From the human T2T-CHM13v2.0 reference genome, Homo sapiens: a DNA stretch of 64,000 bases. Positions 19,584 through 34,801 of the stretch are shown piece after piece. The notes under the pieces are model-generated. The model was not told where the DNA came from. It made no database searches and was given only the letters and a program-made list of their open reading frames with translations. The stretch is taken from the NCBI RefSeq assembly GCF_009914755.1, contig NC_060925.1; one strand, written 5' to 3'. The position numbers and the translations under genes are program-made. The first letter of the stretch is position 1. Each line of letters opens with the position of its first letter.

Positions 19584-20575
19584 TTACATTTTGGCATGAT
19601 TTTGCAGTGGCTGGTACCGGTTGTGCCTTTCCATGTTTAGTGCTTCCTTCAGGAGCTCTTTTAGGGCAGGTCTGGTGGTGACAAAATCTCTCAGCATTTG
19701 CTTGTCTGTAAAGTATTTTATTTCTCCTTCACTTATGCAGCTTAGTTTGGCTGGATATGAAATTCTGGGTTGAAAATTCTTTTCTTTAAGAATGTTGAAT
19801 ATTGGCCCCCACTCTTTTCTGGCTAGTAGAGTTTCTGCTGACAGATCAGCTGTTAGTCTGATGGGCTTCCCTTTGTGGGTAACCCGACCTTTCTTTCTGG
19901 CTGCCCTTAACATTTTTTCCTTCATTTCAACTTTGGTGAATCTGACAATTATGTGTCTTGGAGTTGCTCTTCTCAAAGAGTATCTTTGTGGCGTTCTCTG
20001 TATTTCCTGAATCTGAATGTTGGCCTGCCTTGCAAGATTGGAGAAGTTCTCCCAGATAATATCCTGCAGAGTGTTTTCCAACTTGGTTCCATTCTCCCCG
20101 TCACTTTCAGGTATCCCAATCAGACATAGATTTGGTCTTTTCACATATTCCCATATTTCTTGGAGGCTCCATTCATTTGTTTTTATTCTTTTTTCTCTAA
20201 ACTTCCCTTCTCGCTTCATTTCATTCATTTCATCTTCCATCACTGATACCCTTTCTTCCCGTGGATCACATCAGCTCTTGAGGCTTCTGCATTCTTCACA
20301 TAGTTCTCAAGCCTTGGCTTTCAGCTCCATCAGCTCCATCAGTTATACATTCGTCCAAATTTTTTTTCAAAGTTTTCAACTTCTTTGCCTTTGGTTTGAA
20401 TTTCCTCCTGTAGCTCAGAGTAGTTTGACCGTCTGAAGCCTTCTTCTCTCAACTCATCAAAGTCATTCTCCATCCAGCTTTGTTCCATTGCTGGTGATGA
20501 GCTGTGTTCCTTTGGAGGAGGAGAGGCGCTCTGCTTTTTAGAGTTTCCAGTTTTTCTGCTCTGTTTTTTCCCCAT
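19584..20575 (-). pseudogene. L1 ORF1p, frameshifted near 20340
   Basis: N-terminal MGKKQSRKTGNSKKQSASPPPK (20339-20575) and C-terminal ...YQPLQNHAKM (19584-20243) are in different frames. Confidence 0.9.
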
Positions 20576-21165
20576 CTTTGTGGTTTTATCTACTTTTGGT
20601 CTTTGATGATGGTGATGTACAGATGGGTTTTTGGTGTGGATGTCCTTTCTGTTTGTTAGTTTTCCTTCTAACAGACAGGACCCTCAGCTGCAGGTCTGTT
20701 AGAGTCTGCTAGAGGTCCACTCCAGACACTGTTTGCCTGGGTATCAGCAGTGGTGTCTGCAGAACCGCAGATTTTCGTGATCCGTGAATGCTGCAGTCTG
20801 ATCATTCTTCTGGAAGTTTTGTCTCAGAGGAGTACCCAGCCGTGTGAGTTGTCAGTCTGCCCCTACTGGGGGGTCCCTCCCAGTTAGGCTGCTCTGGGGT
20901 CAGGGGTCAGGGGTCAGGGACCCACTTGAGGAGGCAGTCTGCCCGTTCTCAGATCTCCAGCTGCGTGCTGGGAGAACCACTGCTCTCCTCAAAGCTGTCA
21001 GACAGGGACATTTAAGTCTGCAGAAGTTACTGCTATCTTTTTGTTTGTCTGTGCCCTGCCTCCAGAGGTGGAGCCTACAGAGGCAGGCAGGCCTCCTTGA
21101 GCTGTGGTGGGCTCCACCCAGTTCGAGGTCCCCAGCTGCTTTGTTTACCTAAGCGAGCCTGGGCA

Positions 21166-21420
21166 ATGGTGTGCGCCCCTCCCCCAGCCTTGCTGCCACC
21201 TTGCAGTTTGATCTCAGACTGCTGTTCTAGCAATCAGCGAGACTCCGTGGGCGTAGGACCCTCCGAGCCATGTGTGGGATATAATCTCCTGGTGTGCCGT
21301 TTCCTAAGCTGGTTGGAAAAGCACAGTATTTGGGTGGGAGTGGCCCGATTTTCCAGGTGCCGTCTGTCACCCCTTTCCTTGACTAGGAAAGGGAACTCCC
21401 TGATCCCTTGCACTTTCTGA
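21166..21420 (+). CDS. L1 ORF0-like antisense ORF, 84 aa (putative)
   Basis: gcaATGg start; MVCAPPPALLPPCSLISDCCSSNQRDSVGVGPSEP... matches primate ORF0 (MAGAPPPASLPPCSLISDCC...); open to TGA 21418-21420; expression unknown. Confidence 0.6.
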   Translation: MVCAPPPALLPPCSLISDCCSSNQRDSVGVGPSEPCVGYNLLVCRFLSWLEKHSIWVGVARFSRCRLSPLSLTRKGNSLIPCTF

Positions 21421-21615
21421 GTGAGGCAATGCCTTGCCCTGCTTCAGCTGGCACATGGTGCACTGCACCCACTGTCCTGCGCCCACTGTCTGCCACTCCC
21501 TAGTGAGATGAACAGGGTACCTCAGATGGAAATGCAGAAATCACCCATCTTCTGCGTTGCTCACGCTGGGAGCTGTAGACTGGAGCTGTTCCTATTCAGC
21601 CATCTTGGCTCCTCC

Positions 21616-21961
<346 letters not shown>

Positions 21962-22059
21962 TGAGTGTGAATCTCTAAACACTGTTTTGCTTCTTCCAAG
22001 TAGGTGAAGGATGCTAGAAAAGCATCTAATCTTCCATCATGGGGGAGAAAAGCATAATT

Positions 22060-23930
22060 GTTTTTTAAATGTTTATTTCACTTGGGTTTTATTGAACTTC
22101 TAGGATTTGGGGTTTTATAGTCATCAAATTTGGAAATATTTTAGCCACATATTTTCAATTTTTTTTGGTCCCCACTTTAATTCTCACCTTTTATTCTGGA
22201 CTCCAATTACATGTATTTTATTCTGCTTGATATTATTCTGCTAAGGCTTTTTAAAAAACTTTTTTTCCATGTGCTATTCATTTTAAGTAGTCTCTGAATT
22301 AGGTATTTGTTGCTGCTCAACAAATTATTCTAAAAATTAATAGGTTAAACCAACGATAAACATATATCAAATGATTTCTGTGGATCATGAATTTGGGTGT
22401 GACTTAGCTAATGGTTCTGGCTTGGAGTGTCTCTCATCAAGTTGCAGTCAAGATACTGTCTTAGGATTGCAGTCATTTGAAGACTTAATAAGGGCTGAAT
22501 ATCTACTTCCAAGATGGCTCAGTTACATTGTTGATAAGTTGGTTCTGACTGTTGGCAGGAGGTCTCTGTCCTTTGCCATTTGGACTGCTCCACAGTTGCT
22601 GTCATTTGAGTGTTTTTGTGACTTGATGGCTGACTTCCCTCATAGCAAGTGATTCAACTGAGCAAGATGAAAGTGGAATGTCTTTTATGACAGCTTTAGG
22701 AATCACATAACTTCAATTCTGCTCCAATCTGAAGATCACACAGACATATCAAATCCTGGTATTACACAATGGGTGGGTATTACACAATGACACAAGTACG
22801 AGGAATTGAGGATCATTGGTACCATCTTGGAGGTTGGCTACCATTGTTACCATCTTGGAGGTTGGCTACCATGGTTTCTATTGCTGTGTCTTTAAGTGTA
22901 CTGATATTTTCTTCTGAACAATCCACTCTGTTTTTCAGTTCATTCAGTGACTTTTCTTTTTTCATTTTGGATACTGTATTTTTAATCTCTAGAAGTTCCA
23001 TTTGGGTCTTTTATTATACCTTTTATTTCTCTTTTCCTCATATTCATGTTTTCATTTAGATTCTTAAACGTATTAAAAATGTTTGTAAAAGCTCTATTAA
23101 GGTTCTTGTCTGTGAATTTCATTATTTCTGCCATTTTGAGCCTGTTTCTATTTATTGATTTTCCTTCTGGTAGGGGTCATATTTTTCATTTCTTTGCATG
23201 CCTAGTAATTTCTTATTGGATGCTCAACATTGTTAATTTTACATTTTAATAAGTGAGTTATATTTTGTTGTATTTTTTTAAAGGAATACTGAACTTTGTT
23301 CTGGCAGACATTCATGTTACTTGGTTCACTCAATCCTTTTGAAAGTTCCTTTTTATCTTTGTTCAGGAAGGTTCAGAGCAGCCTTAACTCTAGAGTTAAT
23401 TTATCCTCACTTTTAAAGCATGACTTCTCTGAGGACTCTACCTAATTATGTATTATAATACTTCTCCACTTTGGCTTATGGAAGCACAAACTATTTTTAG
23501 ACGTAAGTAAGCTCGAGGAATTGTTCAGCCTCCTGATTTTCAGTGATCTTTCCTTGGCTTCCTAGTTTCAACCCCATCATATACAAATTGGTCATCAGTT
23601 GAAGACTCAATGAAAACCCCTTTCAGATCTCCAGATTTTCTTTCTAGGCAGCTCCCTCCTCTTCATTTCTCTGTCCTAAAAATTCTAGGCATTTCAGACT
23701 CCCTGAACTTCTATACGTTTCTTCACAATTCCTTAAGAGTATAGTCTCTTTTTGGCTCCCCCTCTCTGTGCTGTAGCCTAGAAACTGCCTTCAGGTTTCT
23801 AGGAAAATCGTAGGGCTTAATTTATTTGTTTCTTTTCTTTCAGTATCAGCCTTGTGGTGCCTATTATCCAAAGTCTATGAATAATTGGTTCATATATTTT
23901 GCCCTGTTTTCTAACTGTTTTTAGTAGAAG
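22060..23930 (-). mobile_element. ancient L1M(E) fragments with an embedded MLT1-type LTR (~22295-22870)
   Basis: ORF1-like remnant 22813-23001 ('MELLEIKNTVSKMK...'); MLT1-like 'gatttctgtggatcatgaatttggg...ttccaagatggctca...ggttggctaccat'. Confidence 0.55.
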
Positions 23931-25709
23931 AGAAATTCTTATACCAGTGAATCCTTGATGGGTGAAAGCAGAAATATGTGGGGCTTTTGGGAGAAGCTGA
24001 ATAGTCTGGGCACTGACCAATGAAAACAATGGTTAGTAGTGCTGGAGTAGAGACTGGGAGGCCTCCTCTTGTGCCAGGCAGGGAAGAGCTTTTCCCTACT
24101 CTTGACTTCCTTGAAATCAAAATGTGTTTACCTAAACACATTTTGGTCCTCTCCCTATTCCTTTACTGACTTTACCTATGGGGAGGTTCACCAAACCTGG
24201 TTCATATTTTGGGCTAGAATAGCTGGCTTAGTGCCTTTCTCCTGCCTTCTTTTGGGAGTAAGCTCAGAGGGCGATATGCTGGTATAAGAAGGAGAACGTA
24301 ACTCAGTCCCTGGGATTCAGGGTTCTCACTGAGTTTGAAGTTCCTGTGGAACGTGTAATTGGAGATGTCTTGTAGGGGTTGGATACATGGGTCTGGGGCT
24401 CAAGGAGAGGTCTGGACTGTTATTTTATAGCTGTGTGAAGAAGATGACTGGTAAGAAGGAGTTTCTTGAGGGCAGTGTCTGGAATGAGGTGGAAATCCCA
24501 TAGATTTGTTGAACAAATGAATTAATGAGTTCATGAATAGCCATTGTTCCCAATAGAAGATAATTCTAAACACTAGGAAAACTCATACATATGTAGTGAG
24601 ACAAGTTAACTACATTATGGATTTGTTATTCTGTGACTACCACTGATTAATTTGCTAACTAAATTTTTGATTAATTTTTGCATATAATCATACTGCAAAC
24701 TTCTTTAGAAATAAAAGGTGTGCTAAAAAAAGATAAGAAAAGTTTAAAATTTTTGGATGAGATTAATAGCATATTGTTCATTAGTTGCTGAGAAGTGGTT
24801 ATACCTGTTATTGTGAATACAATTAATACTGCTCACATTATTCAGCCAGATAAATAATATCTAATTACCAAGAGGTTATATAAAGTAACATAAGTAGAAA
24901 GAAAGATATTATACTAAGGGATAGAGAAACTAGTTTTGACAGACAGGTAAGGAAAATTGGATACCAAGCTGACTTTATAACACTACAAATTTTATTACAG
25001 AAGATGTTAGCAATTTCTATTAACATTTATAGATGACCTTAATTTCAAAAAATGTTTTGAAATAGAAAAGAACTTGCATACATTCATGTAAATCTGGTAT
25101 ACAAGGGACTTTAATCTGTTACCAAAAGAGAAAAGCAAATTGACATAATTTTTATACATATTAAATCAATTTTGTCTTCTCACTTGAGAGCTTTAAAATA
25201 ATAAAATGCTGAATATGCAGATAGGGTGAACTCTGTTTGCTACCAATTATCTGTATTAAGAAAAAAAGCATGGAAAGGAATTAAGTAAACAAACAGGTTT
25301 TGTTTCATGTTGCAGGCCATTTTAATATGACTGTTACTGATAACTCAGGCTTAAGATGGCTAAACTGATTATTTTAAAAGTGTCTATATTGCCCAGGATT
25401 TTAGAATTTTATGGATATAGAGAATAGTAGGAGCTAGAAAAGTACCCACTCTTTGGGGTAAAGGATAATGTCAGTAAATCTGATTCATATTTTAATGCCA
25501 CTTCTCTGTTTAGCTAAGTAAAGAGTACGAGTGTTTGTTTTTCTTTGAAAATGAGTTAAAATTTTAATGCAACAAAAACGATGTCAAGAAACTTGGATTT
25601 TAGCCTGACTTTGCCTATAACTATCTATAGAACATCAGAGCATTAAATAACCTCTCCATGGATGCGAAATGTCAGAATAGGATCTATGTTTCCATTTATT
25701 TATGTAATC

Positions 25710-26170
25710 AATATTTACTGAGTACCTAATATATAGCAGAGGCTGGTTTGGATTCTGAAGATATGGTGATGAGCAAGACAAACAAAGCTTCCATTTAAAT
25801 TGCTTACAGTCTGGTTGGAAAGGGGGAGACAGAGAATAAGTATATAAACAAATAATATAGTATCAGAAAATGCTAAGTGCAATGAAGAATATATGAGATA
25901 ACAGGATAAAAAGTGACAGTGGCAGTAGGCTGCATTAGACTGGGTGGTCAAGGAAGGGTTTTCTAAAGAAGTAATTTTTAAGCTGAGATGATAAGGAGAA
26001 AGCCATTCAAAGACTTGTTGAAAGGTTGCTCCATAATGAACAAATAGCAAATGTAAAAGCACTGTTCCAAGAACAAGTTTGGAATGTTCTAAGGGACATA
26101 ATAAATAAAAGGTGGAGAGAGGTGGGTATGACATGAAGTTAGACAAGTAGGCACAGATGATTTCCACCTA
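25710..26170 (-). repeat. L2 3' fragment
   Basis: 'aatatttactgagtacctaatatat...', 'gggtggtcaaggaagggtttt...tttaagctgagat'. Confidence 0.6.
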
Positions 26171-26174
26171 CCAT

Positions 26175-28925
<2,751 letters not shown>

Positions 28926-29618
28926 TTGTGAACTCTAGCTGCCTTGGGGATCCATGGACTCCCAGGTCTATCTCTTCAATTTGGTGATGCTTCTGGCCTC
29001 TGCCTTGGTAACTTTTCATGCACTATGGCACAGAAACTTTCTCCAGGCAGTCTCTCCCTGTTTGTTTCCCATCTCTCTCGGATCATGTACTTTTGTTACC
29101 TGATGTCCAATATGTATAAAGACATTATTTTATATATTTTGTACTGTTTTATAATTATTTTAGGTGAGAAAGTAAACCTGGATCAGAAGCACAAATTCAA
29201 CATGCCTGGATTCTTTTAACAGTATGAGATCATATACACTAAGGCCTCTTTAGCAAGAAAATCACTACCCAAATGCATAGTATTTATTATAGTTCTTTTA
29301 GTAACAGGCCAAGTGTCTATCAGTTGTCCATTACATATGTACACACACACATACATATATATATCTCCCAGGGATAGGTATATAAATCCGCTAGAAAATG
29401 AGTTCCTGAATCAATGCTTTATACAAAGGAGGCACTAATTCCATTAGAAACACACATCCAACATTCTTCCATTTATCATATTCCTGTGTTAGCATCTTGT
29501 CTGAAATTAGGTTGGCACACTCATTTCCAGTTTCCCTGTTTTCAAAATTATCTTACTACATAGTAGCTCACATTCCCAAGACCTTGGACCCTGGCATGGC
29601 CATTTCTAGGTATATATC

Positions 29619-29977
29619 TGTTAAACTAAATGTGGCCTGAGGATACCTCTGTGTTGTGAGTTCCTACATAATGAACTGCAACCTAACTTAGTATGTACAC
29701 TACCTGAAAGCCTAACTTAGGAGTATACTTTTGTAACAGACAGCTGAATTTCAGCTCATCACAGCAGCTGAGCTTCAGTCAATTACAGGCAGCCAGCTGA
29801 TCAGACTTTGTCCAAGTAAGGCAAGTGCTGATGTATAATGAAATCAAGCTGTTTCGATATCTCATTTCTACTTTCTGTCCATAAATGCTGTCTGCCCACA
29901 TTGAGGAGCAGAGCTCTGTGAATCTCTTCTGATTCTGAGGGCTGCCTGATTTGACAATCATTCTTTTTTCAATTAAA
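29619..29977 (+). mobile_element. ERV1-class LTR (MER57-like), 3'-truncated
   Basis: TGTTAAA start, 'gaactgcaacctaactta...cctaacttaggagtatac', 'ataaatgctg', ends at 'aattaaact'. Confidence 0.6.
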
Positions 29978-30610
29978 CTGACAAAAACAAGCAATGGGGA
30001 AAGGATTCCCTGTTCAATAAATGGTGCTGAGATAACCGGCTAGCCATATGCAGAAGACTGAAACTGGATCCCTTCCCTACACCATATAGAAAAATCAACT
30101 CAACGTGGATTAAAGACTTACATGTAAAACCTAAAACTGTAAAAACCCTCGAGGATAACCTAGGAAATATCATTCCAGATGTAGGACCGGGCAGAGATTT
30201 CATGACGAAGACGACAAATGGAGTTTCAACAAGAACAAAAGTTGACAAATGGGACCTTTAACTAAAGGGCTTCTGCATTATGGCCCAGAAACTTTCTCCA
30301 GGCAGTTTCTCCCTGTTTGTTTCCCATCTCTCTAGGATCGTGTACTTTTGTTACCTGATGTAACAGGAAAAGAAACTATCAACATAATAAACACACAACC
30401 TACAGAATGGGAGAAAATATTTGCAAACTATGCATCTGACAAAGGTCTAATATCCAGAATCTATAAGGAGCTTAAACAATTTATAAGCAAAAACTGAAGA
30501 ACCCCGTTAAAAAGTGGGCAAAAGACATAAACAGACACTTTTCAAAAGAAGATATATACATGGCCAATAAGCATATGAAAAAATGCTCACACCACAAATC
30601 ATTAGAGAAG
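29978..30610 (+). mobile_element. internal L1 ORF2 fragment with no tail or TSD, carrying a foreign ~86-bp insert
   Basis: 'tgacaaaaacaagcaatggggaaaggattccctgttcaataaatgg...aatcattagagaa'. Confidence 0.8.
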
Positions 30611-31134
30611 TGATATTACCTTTTAATAGAAACTGAAGAGGTCAAGCATGCCAATGTCATATGGCAAGTAAATGGCAGGGCCAAAATTTTATCTCAGGTC
30701 AGCTTGACATCCTGTCAGATGTGGCCATGTTCCTCAGAGAGTCATTCTTTCACATGTGTAAATTTTACTTAATATCTTAAAATCCCTCAAAAATATTTTG
30801 AACTACACATTTTGTTCTAAACAAAATTTTTAGATGAGGAATAATTTTATATATCTTTACATGAACATTTAGGTAAAACTTGAAGCCCTCAAGCCCCAAA
30901 TAAATTTTTATTCCCAAGACTTATTTAGATGATGTTAGAGTGTTTTTTGAATTTGGTTTTTCCCATTCTGTATCTATCTTTTATTAATATTAATAAATAA
31001 ATATTAATAAAGAATATATTTAAAAGGTAATTTTATTTTGAAACAGAAGAGAGGAAAATGCATGCTTTAATAATGTCAGTTTCCAGGTAAAGATATTGTG
31101 AGCTTGTTTGTCTAAATACATTTTATTTGGAATT

Positions 31135-31257
31135 CAGTATGAATTTTCAATAGATGCTTTTCAGATAAGAAAGCAGTGAATCAAATGCAATTGTATAAAC
31201 AAGAAGATCAGAGGGATTATCCTGAAGGGTATAAAATGAACCAAGAGCTTTTAGTTT
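31135..31257 (+). promoter_or_regulatory. TSHB: TSHB proximal promoter: POU1F1(Pit-1)/GATA composite element and TATA box
   Basis: TATGAAT 31138-31144, AGATGC 31152-31157, AGATAA 31163-31168, upstream TATAAAC 31194-31200, TATAAAA 31230-31236 about 28 nt before exon 1. Confidence 0.85.
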
Positions 31258-31294
31258 GGGTCACCACAGCATCTGCTCACCAATGCAAAGTAAG
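31258..31294 (+). other. TSHB: TSHB exon 1 (37-nt non-coding 5' UTR exon; GGGTCA half-site at start)
   Basis: GGGTCACCACAGCATCTGCTCACCAATGCAAAGTAAG followed by donor GTAGGT at 31295; sits downstream of TATA. Confidence 0.85.
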
Positions 31295-34200
31295 GTAGGT
31301 GTCTATAGTGAGAAGGCTCTGTGAAATGATATGTTCTTAAGCTATTTTTTTTCACTTTCACCATTTTATCATTTTTTAGAAAGTGGCAAATGCTGAAAGA
31401 TAATTTGCTTCAACAGGCTGTAATATCTTAAATTACTGCTCCAAATTGTTTAGTAGTAGATGGAGGTGAGAGAACTACCTACATAAGGATAAGGAAAAAA
31501 TTCATTGACTTAAAGAAAGAGAAACAACTGATTAGTTCCCTAATGAAGGATATTTGATATTCATGGCTTTCTTCTGTTTTCATTTTGATTTAAATATTGT
31601 TGTCCATTTAATGATGTGTGTATTAAATCCTCTCAATTACTGTACTAATGGTCATCTTTTATGAAAATGTACTTCCGGGAATGTTAGAGCAAATTCATTT
31701 TTGAGTACCTGCTGGGGTAATGTACTCTGTATTATAAGTTCTTTTTAGTTATTTAATAGCTAAACCTCCTTTGATAGTGTTCAACACACACACAGCTGCT
31801 GTATAGTACATTTTGCTTTCTAGAAAAATATACTGCTTTAGTGAAGTTCCAGGATTATTCATAGGATGGGCAATTAGTTCTTTTCATAGTAAGGGATTTG
31901 GAGAGTAAAAATTAATGAAGGAAATTAGCAGAGCAGAGAGGAAAGTGTTTATTAAGAATGAAGCATTGGGAGCAAAAATAAGAGAAAAAAAGAGAGGAAA
32001 GAAGCAAAGGAAAGAACATATCTTGGAATAAGAAAATATGTTCAAAGTAGGGACATATATGTCCATGCATCTGAAGAAGGCATCTCATTATTTAGGCCCT
32101 GCCTGAAACCATGCCTTCTATGTTTAGGTACCCAACAAATTATTCATGATGATTTCAGAATAAGCAATTAAGTGGCAAAGATGAGAACCCAGATGACAAT
32201 GAGGAAGAAATTGTGGCATATCACAGAGGAAGGGATTAACTAACGCGGATTTGTACAGTGTTATACAGCTATGTGATCTTTCTTATATAGAGAGCCAAGT
32301 GTTTCACATGTATTGTTTTATTCTTTTTATGATTTTAGGAAGGGACATATGGAAAAATGAAGGCACAAAGTTATTAAATTGCTCAGTTGCACCCAATTAC
32401 AATTAAATCCTTAAGTAGAATTTAGATCACTAACTCTTAATCAATCAATCAATCAGATCTGACACTAATTTATCATATAGAATTACAGACTATTTGTGCT
32501 GCGAAGATTTTCATGATCATCTTCTGGTTCTAAGCCCTGCTTTTATAGGTGAGAAAGTTGAGGCCCAGAAAGATTCTGTGGGTGAAGTTTTACTATTCGC
32601 AATAAAGAAGTAAAGGAAAAGAAAAGTTCTTGCTTTCTTTATGCCCACAAAGTTGTACAGATACTGTGGCTGGTAATTCAGCACTTTCATTTTCTACTTT
32701 TGTTAGTTTAGAGTTCTACATTTATAGGAGAAACTTCAAAAAAATATAGAGTATCCATAGTTAGTATGACAATAGGAAAACCAAAACAAATTTTCATCCT
32801 ACATTTTAAAAAGGGTCAGGTGTACTTGTCACTTTCTATTTTGCAGATGGGGAAATAACACTCAAACAGATTATATATTTTAGTCAAGTTCTCATAGATT
32901 TATGGAAGAATTCTGTTTCTTAATTTTTAGACCAATATTTTCATCACCAGGTCACCACATTGATTTTATACAGAATTATAGAGCTAAAAGTTAAAATATG
33001 TGAAGTTAGTTGTTTCCTATAGAAAAAACTCAGTAGCTGGCTGTCTAAACAAGCAAGAACTATAATGGCCATGATGGGTAAGCATTTTACATAATTTACC
33101 AGTTAGTAATTTTAAGATCCTACAGAGGATCATCAAGTTCTGTATCTCTAAAATACTGGAAGCAACTCTGTACCATAGAGGGAGCTCACATTTGAGAAGC
33201 GCTTGAGAAAGCCAGATTCCATGAGTAAGGAATTTGTATGTTTTTGCTCCTTAACTCAAATACCAAACAAACCTTCCGTGGAATGTTTGAATATGCAACA
33301 TTTCATTTAAAAGAATTTGTGAGAAAAACCCCTGTTATTTTAACCTTTAAAAGTTAAGTCTTCCTAAAATGGGTTAGTTTACTTTCTTGTGTAATAAGAA
33401 GTATAGTAAACATAAATCTTTGATAATTGTAGGTCTTAAAGTCTTAATTTGGACTCTTTCAGAGCACTAGAACAATCTGCGTTTTTATTATTTGTGTTCA
33501 TATTAGCTCCTCCACTGGACAGTCAGCCCTTTAGGTAAAGGACCGTAGCTTTTCCGTTTGTGTTTGTCAGTGCCTGGTTCAGATGCTCAATATATGTTTA
33601 TCTAATTTATCTACAATTCTCATTCTAGGAATAGAAGGTTGATTGAAATGACCACTGATCTCTGGAATTTGACATTTAAAATAAATCCCTGGTAACCTGT
33701 GTAATGTGGTTTTCATGGTTTCTTATAAGTTGATTGAAAAAAAAATCCTGGTTAACCAAGGCCGAACCTATGAGGTTTCAGTTTACAGAGGTTTTAGTGT
33801 ATATAGCTTAAAGATGCTGTTGGGATATAACTGACAGATTTGGGGAAATCTTGGTACTTCTGATTATTGAACAAAATATTTAGTAAATTATAATTTATTT
33901 AATAGAACAAGCAAACAAGTTTATGTTCATAGACAACAATACTACTCCATTAAGGTATATATTTTCTTTACTGACAATGATACTTGAGAAGGAAAAAAAT
34001 CCAAACACATCTAGCTAGCTGTACAATATTTGTAAGATTAAAAAAATTCTTCTTAATCTTCAAGGTGATCAACTTACATTCAAAAGTCTGAAATTTAATT
34101 ACCCTTCCTCAGTAGTAGAACTAAAATAATTATGTCATAACATTATCCAGAGGGATAATGATATCAATATCAATATCATATCAATATCATATTGATATGC

Positions 34201-34801
34201 TATATCCAATATGATATCATATCCAATATAACTATATCCAATCAATACATATTGATAATGATATCCAATTGATATTGAACAAGTTCTTCATCACGCAGGC
34301 TCTATTGAGATGCATGTTCTGTTTCTGCCTGAGGCACTGTGGATCCTCTATTTTCTTCCATGCATCCAAAAATTATTTAATATTCCTGGCTAACCCATAA
34401 TGGAGCTGTCATCCTTGATTGTATTCTTCTAATTGTGTCAACCTTTTTTTTTTTTTTTGCCTGTTAATCTTTTTGAGAACAAATTACATACCTGTTCTGT
34501 GTAAAATAATCTTTAATTTGTCCCAGCTGTACATATTTCCACCTTAAAGGGATATCCTAAGGGTTTGGAAGTGGGATCAGGGGGTTCCTAGATTTCTGAG
34601 TTAGCCCCTTAACACCAGTTGTAATTTCAGTTGACCTTTTTTGGACTTTATCTTTCTGGTGTCTTCCTTGACCAAATGGTAGAATTATAAGCATGATCAT
34701 ATGCATTGGGATGGTACTGAAGTTTGGTTATACTTTTTCTTGGTTTCTTTGCCCTTTCTGATTTTAACAAATAGGTTCTTTAATTTTATCTTTGATTTAG
34801 C

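Noticed and set aside
25715-26167. 150-aa ORF on the - strand
   Set aside because: Lies within an L2 remnant and shows no recognisable domain
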